A DNA stretch of 64,000 nucleotides from an uncultured Pseudomonadales bacterium. GTDB lineage: Bacteria; Patescibacteriota; Microgenomatia; UBA1400; PJMF01. Below are positions 34,872-45,046 of the stretch, in pieces. The notes below the pieces were generated by a model. It searched no databases, was not told the origin of the DNA, and saw only the letters and a program-made list of their open reading frames with translations. The first letter of the stretch is position 1. Each line of letters starts with the position of its first letter. Location of the stretch: positions 66,770-130,769 of the forward strand of contig CAZEEV010000002.1 in the NCBI GenBank assembly GCA_964511345.1. The letters are read 5' to 3'. The position numbers and the translations under genes were made by a program.

Positions 34872-35761
34872 TATGATTCTCCAAAGCCTGGTATATGTAA
34901 AATTTCTACTCCAATAAATTGCAAAATAGTTACGGAAAAAATCACAAACAACAAGCCAATAATAGCAGAAGTAATAATTTCTTTGGCTTCTTTGGTTTTA
35001 TTCGGATCACCTTGAGAAACAGAGAGCATAAACGAGCCGACTAGAATCATGATCAAAACAATACCGCCACCAGCTGCTAGACCAATGGTAATGATGGTTT
35101 TAATTACACTCTCTGGATTACTTGGAATACAACCAACTGCTGTCCAAATGCCACTGGTTCTGAAACATGCTTCACAGGCCTGATATTGATCGGTATTTTT
35201 ATCGATTTGAGAACACAATTCATAGCTGGCAAATGAATCTAAATTGGTCTTACATTGAGTATCGTCGCTACCGCATTGAGCCATAGCAGGTGAAGAAATA
35301 GGGTAGTTGATCACATTTTTCTTGGTGTCAGTGACACTACCAGCATTTTTAGGTAATTCAACCATGATTTGATAGGTACAATTTTGTTTGACAAATTCAT
35401 CTCCAACATAGACAAAAATACCGCCATTTTCTACTTCGATTGGAGCTGGATCATTTCCTCCTTGCCAAAGTACCTCACCTTGACACCCTGTTCCTTGTGG
35501 AAGAAAGGCTAAATTAATACTTTCTCCATCTGGGAACGGTGTGCCATTGTTATAAGCAATACCACTTAGTTTAATATAGACACCCGTACCAGCCTGAACG
35601 CAACTATTAAAAAAATTGCATTTTTTATCGCCTCTTTCTTGGTAAATGTTGACCGTTTCGATAATTGGTTCTGGAGTTGCAGCAAAAACATTTTTTGCAC
35701 TCAGCGAAAAAAAAGAACTAATCAGCAAAAACACTAGAGCTATTTTTTTCATTTTCGTCAC
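34871..35761 (-). CDS. Secreted protein (signal peptide, beta-rich N-domain with ~10 Cys) fused to C-terminal T4SS-pilin-like hairpin
   Basis: C-terminus 'GGGIVLIMILVGSFMLSVSQGDPNKTKEAKEIITSAIIGLLFVIFSVTILQFIG'. Its stop overlaps the next gene's start at 34871. Confidence 0.5.
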   Translation of the reverse strand: MTKMKKIALVFLLISSFFSLSAKNVFAATPEPIIETVNIYQERGDKKCNFFNSCVQAGTGVYIKLSGIAYNNGTPFPDGESINLAFLPQGTGCQGEVLWQGGNDPAPIEVENGGIFVYVGDEFVKQNCTYQIMVELPKNAGSVTDTKKNVINYPISSPAMAQCGSDDTQCKTNLDSFASYELCSQIDKNTDQYQACEACFRTSGIWTAVGCIPSNPESVIKTIITIGLAAGGGIVLIMILVGSFMLSVSQGDPNKTKEAKEIITSAIIGLLFVIFSVTILQFIGVEILHIPGFGES

Positions 35762-35821
35762 CTCTATATTAAATCATTAAACGCCATTAAAACCAAGCTT
35801 TTATTATAGTAGAATAAAAGC

Positions 35822-37546
35822 ATGTTTCGCATGCCCGTCTTTCGCAAGCTATTCTTTTTGTTATTTTCATTGACCCTGATTGTCGCTGTTCTATTTTCGA
35901 ATTTATTTATCGATAACCAGAGAGTGGAGGCATTGTCAGATGTAGAAAAGTTGCAGCAAGACATAGACGAATTAGAGAATCTTAAAAAACTTTCCGAAAA
36001 TGCTACCACTCCTCTCGAAAAAGAAGTAGCAAACCTTGAGGCACGAATTAACTCTGCCAGAGCAGGCATTGCCAAGGCTAAAACTCAAGCTCAGGAATTA
36101 GCCAGAAACATCGAAAAAAGAGAAGGGGATTTAACTTATCACTATCAACTATTCGCTAATCGCGTTTCTGAATCTTATAAGAGAGAACGTACTTTTAACC
36201 CTTTAGCTCTCTTTCTTTCCAGTCAAAACGCTAGCAAATTAACCAAAGATTTAGCTTACAAGGAATCAGCTCGTGCTCAGGATGATCGTTTAATTAGATC
36301 ACTCTCTGGAGAGATTGCTCAACTAAATACTGATAAAAAACAATTAGAATCCGATCAAATTCGTTTAGCGGCGCTCTCAGAACAATTAGACAAACAAGCA
36401 GACTTTTTTAAGGGTGAAATCGCCAAAGCAAAGGCATATCAGAGTGAATTGAGTGGACAGATTGCAGCTTTATCAGCTAAGCAGCAATCCATTTTATCAG
36501 AAAAATCTGGCACTTTTCAAACAACTGTTGGTGATGTGCCGTTGGCTGATGATGCAGCCAGTCGCCCAGATTACAAGCCAGGCTTTTCACCAGCTTTTGC
36601 GGTTTTCAGTTTTGGCGCTCCACATTTTAAAGGTATGAGTCAGTACGGTGCTTTGGGTAGAGCTAAAAGTGGGCAGAATTACGAAAAAATTCTCAAAGCA
36701 TATTATGGTAGTGGTATAGAAATTAAAACAGTTGATGCTAATCAAAAAATTAAAGTCGATGGTTATGGCTCTTATTCTTTAGAAGATTATGTTAAAAGAA
36801 TCTATGAAGTGCCTAATAGTTGGGGAGACGATGGTGGAATGGAAGCCCTCAAGGCTCAGGCAGTGGCGGCTCGCAGTTATGTTCTAGCTAGAGGAGGATC
36901 AATTTGTGCTACCGAAGCTTGTCAAGTTTTCAAACCAAATGCAAAAGGAGGAAATTGGGAAAAAGCTGTTAATGAAACTAAAGGAAAAGTGGTTTACGCT
37001 AACGGTAAACCATTTTCAACTTGGTATGCTTCCACATCTGGTGGATATCAAGAATCTTACTCTTCAAATGGTTATTCAACCCCAGGATTTTGGGATACTG
37101 CTGATGGACGTAATGGTTGGACCTCCAAAGCTTATGAAAAAATTGCTGGATCGCCATGGTTCTACAAAGCTTGGTATAAAACTAGATCTGGAGATGCTTG
37201 TGGTAGAAATCATCCTTGGTTAAATAGTGAGGAAATGGCAGATATTTTGAATGCTTGGGTAGTAATGTACAAAGGTGGTGGGGATAGTAGTAGAGTCACT
37301 CCAGAATCATCTTGTTGGGGTGGCAATCCTTATAGTAAGAGTGATCTTAAAAATATTGGTGGTTACAGTAGTGTCAGCGGAGTAAGTGTTAAATATTCTA
37401 ATGACGGTGTTACTGCAGAAGTTACTTTTCAAACAAATAAAGGTAGTTTAACCATCAAAGGTAATGAATTCTATAAAACCTTCAACCTAAGGGCTCCTGG
37501 CAGAATCTCTGTTAAATCTGGACTATTTAATATTGAGAAAAAATAA
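35822..37546 (+). CDS. SpoIID/LytB-domain protein with N-terminal membrane anchor and ~200-aa coiled coil
   Basis: SpoIID signatures 'APHFKGMSQYGALGRA' and 'AQAVAARSYVLAR'. The N-terminal heptad-rich segment is EKLQQDIDELENLKK…. Confidence 0.7.
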   Translation: MFRMPVFRKLFFLLFSLTLIVAVLFSNLFIDNQRVEALSDVEKLQQDIDELENLKKLSENATTPLEKEVANLEARINSARAGIAKAKTQAQELARNIEKREGDLTYHYQLFANRVSESYKRERTFNPLALFLSSQNASKLTKDLAYKESARAQDDRLIRSLSGEIAQLNTDKKQLESDQIRLAALSEQLDKQADFFKGEIAKAKAYQSELSGQIAALSAKQQSILSEKSGTFQTTVGDVPLADDAASRPDYKPGFSPAFAVFSFGAPHFKGMSQYGALGRAKSGQNYEKILKAYYGSGIEIKTVDANQKIKVDGYGSYSLEDYVKRIYEVPNSWGDDGGMEALKAQAVAARSYVLARGGSICATEACQVFKPNAKGGNWEKAVNETKGKVVYANGKPFSTWYASTSGGYQESYSSNGYSTPGFWDTADGRNGWTSKAYEKIAGSPWFYKAWYKTRSGDACGRNHPWLNSEEMADILNAWVVMYKGGGDSSRVTPESSCWGGNPYSKSDLKNIGGYSSVSGVSVKYSNDGVTAEVTFQTNKGSLTIKGNEFYKTFNLRAPGRISVKSGLFNIEKK

Positions 37547-37551
37547 AATCC

Positions 37552-37890
37552 CTAAAACTTAGTACTAATATATTGTACTTCTTTAGGTGCTCTAACTAGT
37601 CTGGACTTTTTAATAGGATCTCTGGTAATTTCTCTGTTAGACACAATCACTCTGGCGTCTTTTTCCCAAACACGACCATCTGCCAAGACTGTTCTTTTTT
37701 TCAAAACGACGGTAGCATGACCATAAGAATTATTAATGCTTTCCAAGATGACGGGAATGTTTTGACCATGATAATAAAGGTTAACTTCAGCGCCGATTAA
37801 ATACTCAGGAATTTCTCTGATGATTTCTGGTTCATTTTTGTATGAACTGATAAATGACTCTGGATTTTTAGGCATAATTTTCTTTATCAA
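37552..37890 (-). CDS. Hypothetical small protein (112 aa)
   Basis: ORF only. Confidence 0.35.
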   Translation of the reverse strand: MIKKIMPKNPESFISSYKNEPEIIREIPEYLIGAEVNLYYHGQNIPVILESINNSYGHATVVLKKRTVLADGRVWEKDARVIVSNREITRDPIKKSRLVRAPKEVQYISTKF

Positions 37891-37944
37891 GACTGTTGAG
37901 GGGCATTATATCAAAAGAGATCAATTAATGCATTAAGTGAGGAT

Positions 37945-39768
37945 TTAGACTCCTTGCAAAAACTTCGCTGCCCAAGGTCGGTAACTACTATAATAGTAGT
38001 CTTCGCGAATGGTTTGACCATCTTTATCACGAATGACATTGGTAAATTCAGCCTTAATACCACTTGCAGACCAATCAATTTGTTTGAGTTGACCTGGTTT
38101 TAAACTAGGATCAGGAATGTAGACGGTGGGGAGAGCAGGACTTTGTCCCCATTTTTTGTACTTAATAATTTCTGTGCTTCGACCATCACTGGTGCCATAG
38201 AGTTTGCAAAACATATAAAGATTCTCGCTGTCAGCTTGGCAACTAATTAAAATATGTCCGGGCGTGTCATTTATAAAACGCAAATCAACGTTCCCAGCAT
38301 AGACAGTGGCGTCGAATCCTGGTTCATTCCCGATTTCATAATAAGAAACGCGATAAGCGTGGGGGAGACGACGAGTAATTTTAACGCCAGCATTGAGCAA
38401 GGAGCGGAAAAGTGTGCTACTGACCTGACAAACTCCACCTCCTGGAGAAAGTTTGGTTTGTCCAGCTTCAATGACGTAGGCATTCTTATAGCCAGTTTTG
38501 TCAGAAACTTCACCTAAAACTTTATTAAAAGAAAATTCTTGTCCTGGTTTGACAATATGATTATTGATGCGGCTAGTGGTGAGAGCAACATTGTCAACGC
38601 GATTAGGAATCGAGTGAGCATACCAACTTTCGCCAAAACCAATCACTTCTTTGATACCTAAATCATTGGTTTTTCCCAAAGTGATATTTGCGGGAGCACT
38701 ACTCATGGGTAAATTAAAGGTATTTCCTGCGTCTAATTCTTGATTGTCTGAACTGAGAATATTGTTGAGAAAATCTTCAATGATTTTTTTACTTGCCTCG
38801 GTGTCAATTTCTAAACCATTTTGATCTGGAACAAATTCTATAACTTGCAGGGTTTCTGAATCATAACTAAAACGCGCATCGCTGCTAGGACGGTTGATTT
38901 TAGTTTTGAGATCGTCTAGATAGAGCTGAATTGCTTCCTGATTAATGCTTTCAGGCAAAGTCAGAAAATTGAGTAATTGTTTGTCATCAAGCCAATTTTT
39001 TTGATATTCATAAGTCAAAATCAGGCTTTGACCGATAAACTTTGCAGCTTGTTTTTGTGCCACTTCAATTTCTTCTTGAGTCAAAGCCAGAATGTGATGT
39101 GCCACAACTGCTTGTACTTGAAAATCTTTTTCTTCCAACTCACTGACTTTTTTAGTCAAAAGCTGTTCTTGCAAGACTTGCCAAGTTTCATCAATTAATA
39201 ATTCATTACTCTCCAATCCAGGATTGATGGTGACTGTTTTATTGATGAGAGTTGTGCTGGGTTTTTCTCCAGCAAAGTCAACTTGCGTCTTAAGTCCTTC
39301 AATTAAGCCTTGTATTTTTTCCTGATCATAGCTGAGTACTGAGTAATATTTATTGACGTGTAGGTGTCCTTTGATAATAAATTTAATTTTTTTCCAAAAT
39401 TTTTCTTGATGACCAGTAGCAAAAGCATTGACTAAATTATCATCAAGTTTGTTTTCAATTTCTAAGTCAGAGAGCTTTGCTTCCATCTTTTTTTCTTGAA
39501 AAGCAATTTGCAAAGTGCTTTGGGCGAAATCAATTTGTTTTTCTTGCAACTTTTCTTGAATTTTACTTTTTGCTTCATCTATGGTCATGCCAGAAATGTT
39601 GATGTCATCAAGGTAAGTTTTGGGATAAAAACGACTTTGGTAATAATTCAAGTAAATTGCGATTAGCCATATGCTGATCAAAATCAAAACCACTCCGACA
39701 CTTAATAAGGCAATATTTTGTTTTCTTTGTGCAAAGTTGAGCTTGATTGATGAATAAATTTTATCCAT
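37945..39768 (-). CDS. VanW-family protein (membrane-anchored)
   Basis: VanW signature 'GGGVCQVSSTLFRSLLNAGV…RRLPHAY'. N-terminal TM. Confidence 0.7.
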   Translation of the reverse strand: MDKIYSSIKLNFAQRKQNIALLSVGVVLILISIWLIAIYLNYYQSRFYPKTYLDDINISGMTIDEAKSKIQEKLQEKQIDFAQSTLQIAFQEKKMEAKLSDLEIENKLDDNLVNAFATGHQEKFWKKIKFIIKGHLHVNKYYSVLSYDQEKIQGLIEGLKTQVDFAGEKPSTTLINKTVTINPGLESNELLIDETWQVLQEQLLTKKVSELEEKDFQVQAVVAHHILALTQEEIEVAQKQAAKFIGQSLILTYEYQKNWLDDKQLLNFLTLPESINQEAIQLYLDDLKTKINRPSSDARFSYDSETLQVIEFVPDQNGLEIDTEASKKIIEDFLNNILSSDNQELDAGNTFNLPMSSAPANITLGKTNDLGIKEVIGFGESWYAHSIPNRVDNVALTTSRINNHIVKPGQEFSFNKVLGEVSDKTGYKNAYVIEAGQTKLSPGGGVCQVSSTLFRSLLNAGVKITRRLPHAYRVSYYEIGNEPGFDATVYAGNVDLRFINDTPGHILISCQADSENLYMFCKLYGTSDGRSTEIIKYKKWGQSPALPTVYIPDPSLKPGQLKQIDWSASGIKAEFTNVIRDKDGQTIREDYYYSSYRPWAAKFLQGV

Positions 39769-39807
39769 AATAACGGTAAACTACATTGTACTTTGTAGTT
39801 TGTTATT

Positions 39808-41802
39808 ATGCCAAGTCAGAACTTGCCAAAACCTAATTTACCAGGTCAAATAACTCCGTCGGGAGCTAATCCAGCTGATGCATCTGCTCAAACTAACCAA
39901 GCTCCAACAGCTCCACTAGCCTCACCGGCTCCATCAGACGCACAAACTATTTTCAGTCAAAAACCACCTCAGGCGCAGACTATCCCCGGTGGTTTATCTA
40001 GAGAAAATCCCGGTGGTACGCCACCGAACATGAAGGTGAGCGTCCCTGCTCCAACGGTGTCGCAAGATCAATTGTCAGTTTCTCCAGCATCAGCTCCGGT
40101 CGCTGAGGCTTCTAAAATTGCTAATCGTCCAGCTAGTCCGCTTGATCAAATATCTTTGAATCATCCAACCTTATCAACGCCAACCGCTGCTGAAAAACCA
40201 ATTTTAGCAACATCTTCAGCTCCTGAGCTTATTACTCCACAACTTACCATGTCGACACCTTCCGTTGCTTCTACACCTTCTCTTGCTCCAACACCTATTG
40301 CTACATCTATGCCAAGTAACCCAATTTCTGCAGAAGCAGCTAAAGAGGAGGTAATAGCTGAAAATCCAGTGAATGCAGATTCCTCAGTAAAAACACCAAC
40401 CGGTTTTTTATCTAAATTAAAAATAAAAAAAATTCCTTTGCCATTCTTAATTGGTGGAGGAGTATTGGTTTTGATTTTAATTGCTGTTTTGTTATTCAGC
40501 TTGTTTAAACCAAAAGCTAAACCAAGCACTAAAACTCCAAGCTCTTCGACTAATACCGGAAGTGGCAGTAACACTGGTAGTACGGCTACTAATAGTGCAA
40601 GCACAGGACAAATTTCTACGGTTACTTATTGGGGTCTATGGGAAGACAGTCAGGTTTTAAAAGAAGTAATTGCTGATTTTGAAAGTAAAAATCCGACTAT
40701 TAAAATTGATTATCGCAAACAATCTCATCGAGATTATCGAGAGAGACTGCAGCAAGCAATTCTTTCTGGCAATGGTCCAGATATTTTTCGTTATCACGTC
40801 GCTTGGGTACCAATGTTAAGTGCTGACTTATCGCCTATGCCGGCCAGCGTGATGAGCACTGCTCAGTATAAGGAAATTTTTTATCCTACTGCTTACAACA
40901 ATTTGCAAGTAGGTGGGCAAATTGTAGGTATTCCCTTGATGTATGATGGTTTAGCTTTGTTCTATAACAAAGAAATGCTTAAAACCGCTAATATCGATGT
41001 GCCTAAAACTTGGGCCGAGTTACGCGCCGCCGCCAATAAATTAACTGTGCCAGCCAATACGAGTGAAAGATCAAATATTACCAGAGCAGGATTGGCTATT
41101 GGTAATGCTGGTAACGTTGATCATTTTTCTGATATTTTAGCGTTATTGATTATTCAAAATGGTGGCAATCCTGCTGAAGCAAACAGTCAGTATGTCAAAG
41201 ATGCGATTACTTTTTATACTAACTTTATTAAGCAAGATAAGGTTTGGTCAGATCGCTTAGCTAATTCCACCACCGCTTTTGCTAGAGGAGACGTGGCGAT
41301 GATTTTTGCGCCATCTTGGCGAGTGCACGAGATTAAGACAATTAATCCAAATTTGGATTTTGCCATCACCGGTGTTCCGCAGTTAGACACTGAGAATCCT
41401 GTAACCTGGGCAAGCTTTTGGGCAGAGGGCGTGAGCGCTAAGAGTAAAAACAAAGAAGCGGCTTGGACTTTCTTAAAGTATTTATCTACTCCAGAAGTCT
41501 TGCGTAAATTTTACAATAATGCCAGTCAATATCGTGCTTTCGGTGAAATTTATCCTCGTGTGGATATGGCCAGTGAATTGCAAACTAGCGAATTAGCTGG
41601 AGCCTATGTTGCCGACGCACCTTTAGCTAAATCTTGGTATATGTCTAGCTTCACTCATGATAATGGCATCAATGATCAAATCATTAAATATTATGAAGAC
41701 GCGATCAACACTGTTTTGTCTGGGTCAGATATGGAAAAGGCTTTAGAAACTGCTAAAGCTGGGATCAATACAGTGCTAAGCAAATATTCTTCAGCTAAGT
41801 AA
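39808..41802 (+). CDS. ABC transporter solute-binding protein (sugar-type, family 1) with long disordered P/S/T/A-rich N-terminus and TM anchor
   Basis: The mature domain 'VTYWGLWEDSQVLKEVIADFESKNPTIKIDY…' is an SBP_bac_1-like pattern, preceded by 'IPLPFLIGGGVLVLILIAVLLF'. Confidence 0.6.
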   Translation: MPSQNLPKPNLPGQITPSGANPADASAQTNQAPTAPLASPAPSDAQTIFSQKPPQAQTIPGGLSRENPGGTPPNMKVSVPAPTVSQDQLSVSPASAPVAEASKIANRPASPLDQISLNHPTLSTPTAAEKPILATSSAPELITPQLTMSTPSVASTPSLAPTPIATSMPSNPISAEAAKEEVIAENPVNADSSVKTPTGFLSKLKIKKIPLPFLIGGGVLVLILIAVLLFSLFKPKAKPSTKTPSSSTNTGSGSNTGSTATNSASTGQISTVTYWGLWEDSQVLKEVIADFESKNPTIKIDYRKQSHRDYRERLQQAILSGNGPDIFRYHVAWVPMLSADLSPMPASVMSTAQYKEIFYPTAYNNLQVGGQIVGIPLMYDGLALFYNKEMLKTANIDVPKTWAELRAAANKLTVPANTSERSNITRAGLAIGNAGNVDHFSDILALLIIQNGGNPAEANSQYVKDAITFYTNFIKQDKVWSDRLANSTTAFARGDVAMIFAPSWRVHEIKTINPNLDFAITGVPQLDTENPVTWASFWAEGVSAKSKNKEAAWTFLKYLSTPEVLRKFYNNASQYRAFGEIYPRVDMASELQTSELAGAYVADAPLAKSWYMSSFTHDNGINDQIIKYYEDAINTVLSGSDMEKALETAKAGINTVLSKYSSAK

Positions 41803-42780
41803 TTTGAGCAAACTTGCTGCCAATTTTTGTTTGTGATGACGAATTAAACTTCTCTGTAGAGCATCATTCTTTTCTGTTTTGACAATGGTAGCAGAGATTA
41901 AATTTTCCCTCACAACGCTCATAATTGAGTCGTTTTCTAAATCATCAATGATAGGAAAGTCATTAGCTTTTCGATAAAGTGCTTCAATTTCTTCAGGAAT
42001 AGGACTGTTATTGATTAAAACAAAGTCTGGTTTTCTTTGACAATATTTTTGTACTTCCAATAAATGATCCTTAGCCGTCATTTGATAAGTTTGTGAAAAA
42101 TGAGTAACTAAATTGCTAACATAAACAAATTTACCACCATTTCTTTGGTTTTCTGCTAAAGCTTGCACAAAACCATTTACCAAGGCGTGAGGTAATAGGC
42201 TACCATATAAATCTCCTGGGCCAAAAACCACCAAATCAGCATCAGCAATGGCACGGTAAGCTTTATCGTAAATATGAGCTTCTTTATCGAGAGTAATTTG
42301 CTCGATTTTTTTGCCGCCAAACTGTGGATCATCGAGGTTTTTTTCACCAACAACAACTTGACCATCAGTATAGTGCACTACCAAATGTACGCTATCTTCA
42401 CTAATAGGTAAGACAGCGCCGTTAATACGAAAAATCTTAGAGGCTACTTCAACAGCTTTACTAGCAGAACCAGTCAAACTTTCGAGAGAAGTCAGAATTA
42501 AATTGCCTAAATTATGACCTTGTAAACTTGAGTTTTGGTCAAAACGATAAAGCAATAACTGACGAATTTCTTTTTCATTTTCTCCAGTGGCCAAAGCAGC
42601 GATGCACTGGCGCAAATCGCCAACTGGTAAAAAACCAAATTCATCTCGCAGTCTCCCCGTTGAGCCACCATTGTCTGAAACAACAATCACTGCACTTAAA
42701 TCAACATCTGGATAATCTTTAAGTCCGGCTAGTACGACTGCACTGCCTGTACCTCCACCAATAGCAACGATTTTTTTCAT
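41791..42780 (-). CDS. yvcK: YvcK/CofD-family (UPF0052, gluconeogenesis factor-like) protein
   Basis: 'IVAIGGGTGSAVVLAGLK…VIVVSDNGGSTGRLRDEFGFLPVGDLRQCIAALA'. Confidence 0.75.
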   Translation of the reverse strand: MKKIVAIGGGTGSAVVLAGLKDYPDVDLSAVIVVSDNGGSTGRLRDEFGFLPVGDLRQCIAALATGENEKEIRQLLLYRFDQNSSLQGHNLGNLILTSLESLTGSASKAVEVASKIFRINGAVLPISEDSVHLVVHYTDGQVVVGEKNLDDPQFGGKKIEQITLDKEAHIYDKAYRAIADADLVVFGPGDLYGSLLPHALVNGFVQALAENQRNGGKFVYVSNLVTHFSQTYQMTAKDHLLEVQKYCQRKPDFVLINNSPIPEEIEALYRKANDFPIIDDLENDSIMSVVRENLISATIVKTEKNDALQRSLIRHHKQKLAASLLKLLS

Positions 42781-42843
42781 AAGCCTGATTGTACTTCAAA
42801 GTAGCAACATGTTAAACTTGGACTTAATTTACACAAGATATTC

Positions 42844-43314
42844 ATGTCAAATTTAGATTATTTTTTAAGTGAAAGACGCAGATTAAATAAAACTTTAACT
42901 CTGGTGACAGGAGTTTTTGATTTACTCCATGAAGAACATTTACATTTTTTGCAAAAAGCCAAAAAAACTGCAGATTTATTTATAGTGGGCGTGGAATCTG
43001 ACCTGAGAGTTAAGCAGATGAAAGGGCAGAATCGACCATTTAATGATCAAATGAGTCGTTTGGCAAATTTGCAAAAATTGGGTTTAGCTGATTTTATCTT
43101 CATTTTGCCAGAGCAATTTTCTAAACCAGACGATCATCGCGCTTTAATTGCGCAAATCAGGCCAGACTTTATGGCTGTTTCTTCTAACACTCTTTTTCAG
43201 GCAGAAAAAGCAAAAATTTTAGCAGAATTTAATGCTAAACTAGTCATAGTCCATGATTACAATCCAGAATTTTCCTCAAGCAAAATTATTAATCAGGTAA
43301 TCAAGGAAGGTTAA
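42844..43314 (+). CDS. Cytidylyltransferase-like nucleotidyltransferase (HxGH family)
   Basis: 'LVTGVFDLLHEEHLHFLQKAKK…DLFIVGVESD' resembles glycerol-3-phosphate cytidylyltransferase/RfaE-II. Confidence 0.55.
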   Translation: MSNLDYFLSERRRLNKTLTLVTGVFDLLHEEHLHFLQKAKKTADLFIVGVESDLRVKQMKGQNRPFNDQMSRLANLQKLGLADFIFILPEQFSKPDDHRALIAQIRPDFMAVSSNTLFQAEKAKILAEFNAKLVIVHDYNPEFSSSKIINQVIKEG

Positions 43315-43316
43315 AA

Positions 43317-43619
43317 ATGAAAAAAATAATCATTGTTTTTTTAATGGCAGCAGCTTTAATTGGTGTAGGTGCACTTGCACTTTCTAGATTAAAAAATACA
43401 ACTCCTCCTCCAGCTACTAATCAAAAAGTAGGCACTACCACTAAAACTGGCGTGATTTCTACTTCCAATGGTGTTTTTTACTTGCAAGAAGCAGGTCAAA
43501 CTCCTAAAGAAATTGATAGTTACACAGTTGAACTTGGTGACTATGTTGGTCAAACTGTCACTGTTAGTGGTCAATATAGTGGCGACACGCTTTTTGTGGG
43601 GAGTGTGGAAACTAAATAA
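43317..43619 (+). CDS. Small secreted protein (signal peptide)
   Basis: ORF with an N-terminal signal-like helix. No motif. Confidence 0.35.
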   Translation: MKKIIIVFLMAAALIGVGALALSRLKNTTPPPATNQKVGTTTKTGVISTSNGVFYLQEAGQTPKEIDSYTVELGDYVGQTVTVSGQYSGDTLFVGSVETK

Positions 43620-43621
43620 TT

Positions 43622-45046
43622 ATGTCTAAAGCCAAATCTCATTTTCGCTGCCAAAATTGCGCAGCTAGCTTTCCAAAATGGATGGGGCAATGTGGGGAAT
43701 GTGGAAGTTGGAACACTTTGGTCGAAGAAGTTCTACCAATTGAAACTGTCGATCGTCGCTCGCAAACGAAAAATTCTTTGAATGAGGCTGAAATTGCGCA
43801 AAAAAGCATAGTCTTTTCTCGAGTGGAGCGCTCAGAAGCCACAAAACAGCGTTTTTCGACCAGCATTGGAGAATTAGATCGGGTTTTGGGCGGTGGTTTA
43901 GTCGCGGGAATGGTAGTTCTGTTGGGTGGCGAACCGGGAATCGGTAAATCGACCTTGTTGACCCAAATGATATTGCAAATTTTGCGTCTGCGAAAAGATG
44001 CGCCAAAAAAACTGAAGCCACTTAAAATTTTTTATGTAGCTGGTGAAGAAAGCCCATCACAAATTTCACTTAGAATCGATCGATTTTTGTATAATGAACA
44101 ACATGGCTACTCCAAAGATGACATTGGAGAGAGTTTAGTTTTTATTACCACTACAGATGTGGATGAACTTACTTTTTTAATCAAAAAAGAAAAACCCGAT
44201 CTTTTAATTGTCGATAGTATCCAGTCCTTGTCAACAAGTTTTCTTACGGGGGCGAGTGGCAGTGTGGGGCAAATCAGAGAAGTGGCTGATCGGATCATTA
44301 ATACCGTCAAAGCTTTCGGGATTCCGACTTTTTTAATTGGTCACATTACCAAAGACGGGGTAATTGCTGGACCTAAGATTTTTGAACACATGGTTGATAC
44401 AGTTTTGTTATTAGAGGGCGAAAGATCCGACCAATTACGAATGCTAAGATCACTCAAAAATCGTTTTGGAGCGACCGATGAGGTGGGTCTTTTTCAAAGT
44501 GAAGACTATGGCCTTCGAGAAATTAGTAATCCAAGTGAGTTGTTTCTAGAAAACACTAACCAGTTAGTAGTTGGAGCAGCCACGGTTTGTTTGATGGAAG
44601 GAACACGCCCCTTACTCGCTGAAGTCCAAGCACTGGTGGTGAAATCCCAATTAGCCATGCCACGTAGGGTGGGGCGAGGAGTAGACTTGGCGCGGATTCA
44701 GGTTTTATCGGCAGTCTTACAGAAGCATGCTAATTTGCCCTTGGCTTTTTATGACATTTTTTTAAGTGTTGCTGGTGGTTTCCGCATCAAAGAAGCCAGT
44801 GTCGATTTGGGTTTAGCAGTTTCCATCGCATCTTCGCTTTCGGGTAAAAAAATACCTCAAGATACTGTTTTTATCGGAGAGATAGGACTGCTTGGAGAGA
44901 TCAGAAAAACTCCATATTTCGAGCGTCGCGCAAAAGAAGCCCGAAGGTTAGGTTTTAAAAAAATCATTTCGCGAGAAACGCATGGGAATATTAGAGATTT
45001 GCTGAAGGATTTAGAACTTTTGCAAAAAGGAACTAAAAATGAATAA
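43622..45046 (+). CDS. radA: DNA repair protein RadA/Sms
   Basis: C4 zinc finger 'CQNCAASFPKWMGQCGECGSW', Walker A 'GGEPGIGKSTLL', 'KNRFG', and a Lon-like C-domain. Confidence 0.9.
   Translation: MSKAKSHFRCQNCAASFPKWMGQCGECGSWNTLVEEVLPIETVDRRSQTKNSLNEAEIAQKSIVFSRVERSEATKQRFSTSIGELDRVLGGGLVAGMVVLLGGEPGIGKSTLLTQMILQILRLRKDAPKKLKPLKIFYVAGEESPSQISLRIDRFLYNEQHGYSKDDIGESLVFITTTDVDELTFLIKKEKPDLLIVDSIQSLSTSFLTGASGSVGQIREVADRIINTVKAFGIPTFLIGHITKDGVIAGPKIFEHMVDTVLLLEGERSDQLRMLRSLKNRFGATDEVGLFQSEDYGLREISNPSELFLENTNQLVVGAATVCLMEGTRPLLAEVQALVVKSQLAMPRRVGRGVDLARIQVLSAVLQKHANLPLAFYDIFLSVAGGFRIKEASVDLGLAVSIASSLSGKKIPQDTVFIGEIGLLGEIRKTPYFERRAKEARRLGFKKIISRETHGNIRDLLKDLELLQKGTKNE

Noticed and set aside
15990-35761. 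Interpreting the T4SS-like region as an integrative conjugative element or plasmid insertion
   Set aside because: No integrase, relaxase, tRNA target or flanking direct repeats are visible. The cluster is interleaved with core origin genes and components are dispersed over about 47 kb. The window alone cannot exclude an old, degraded element.
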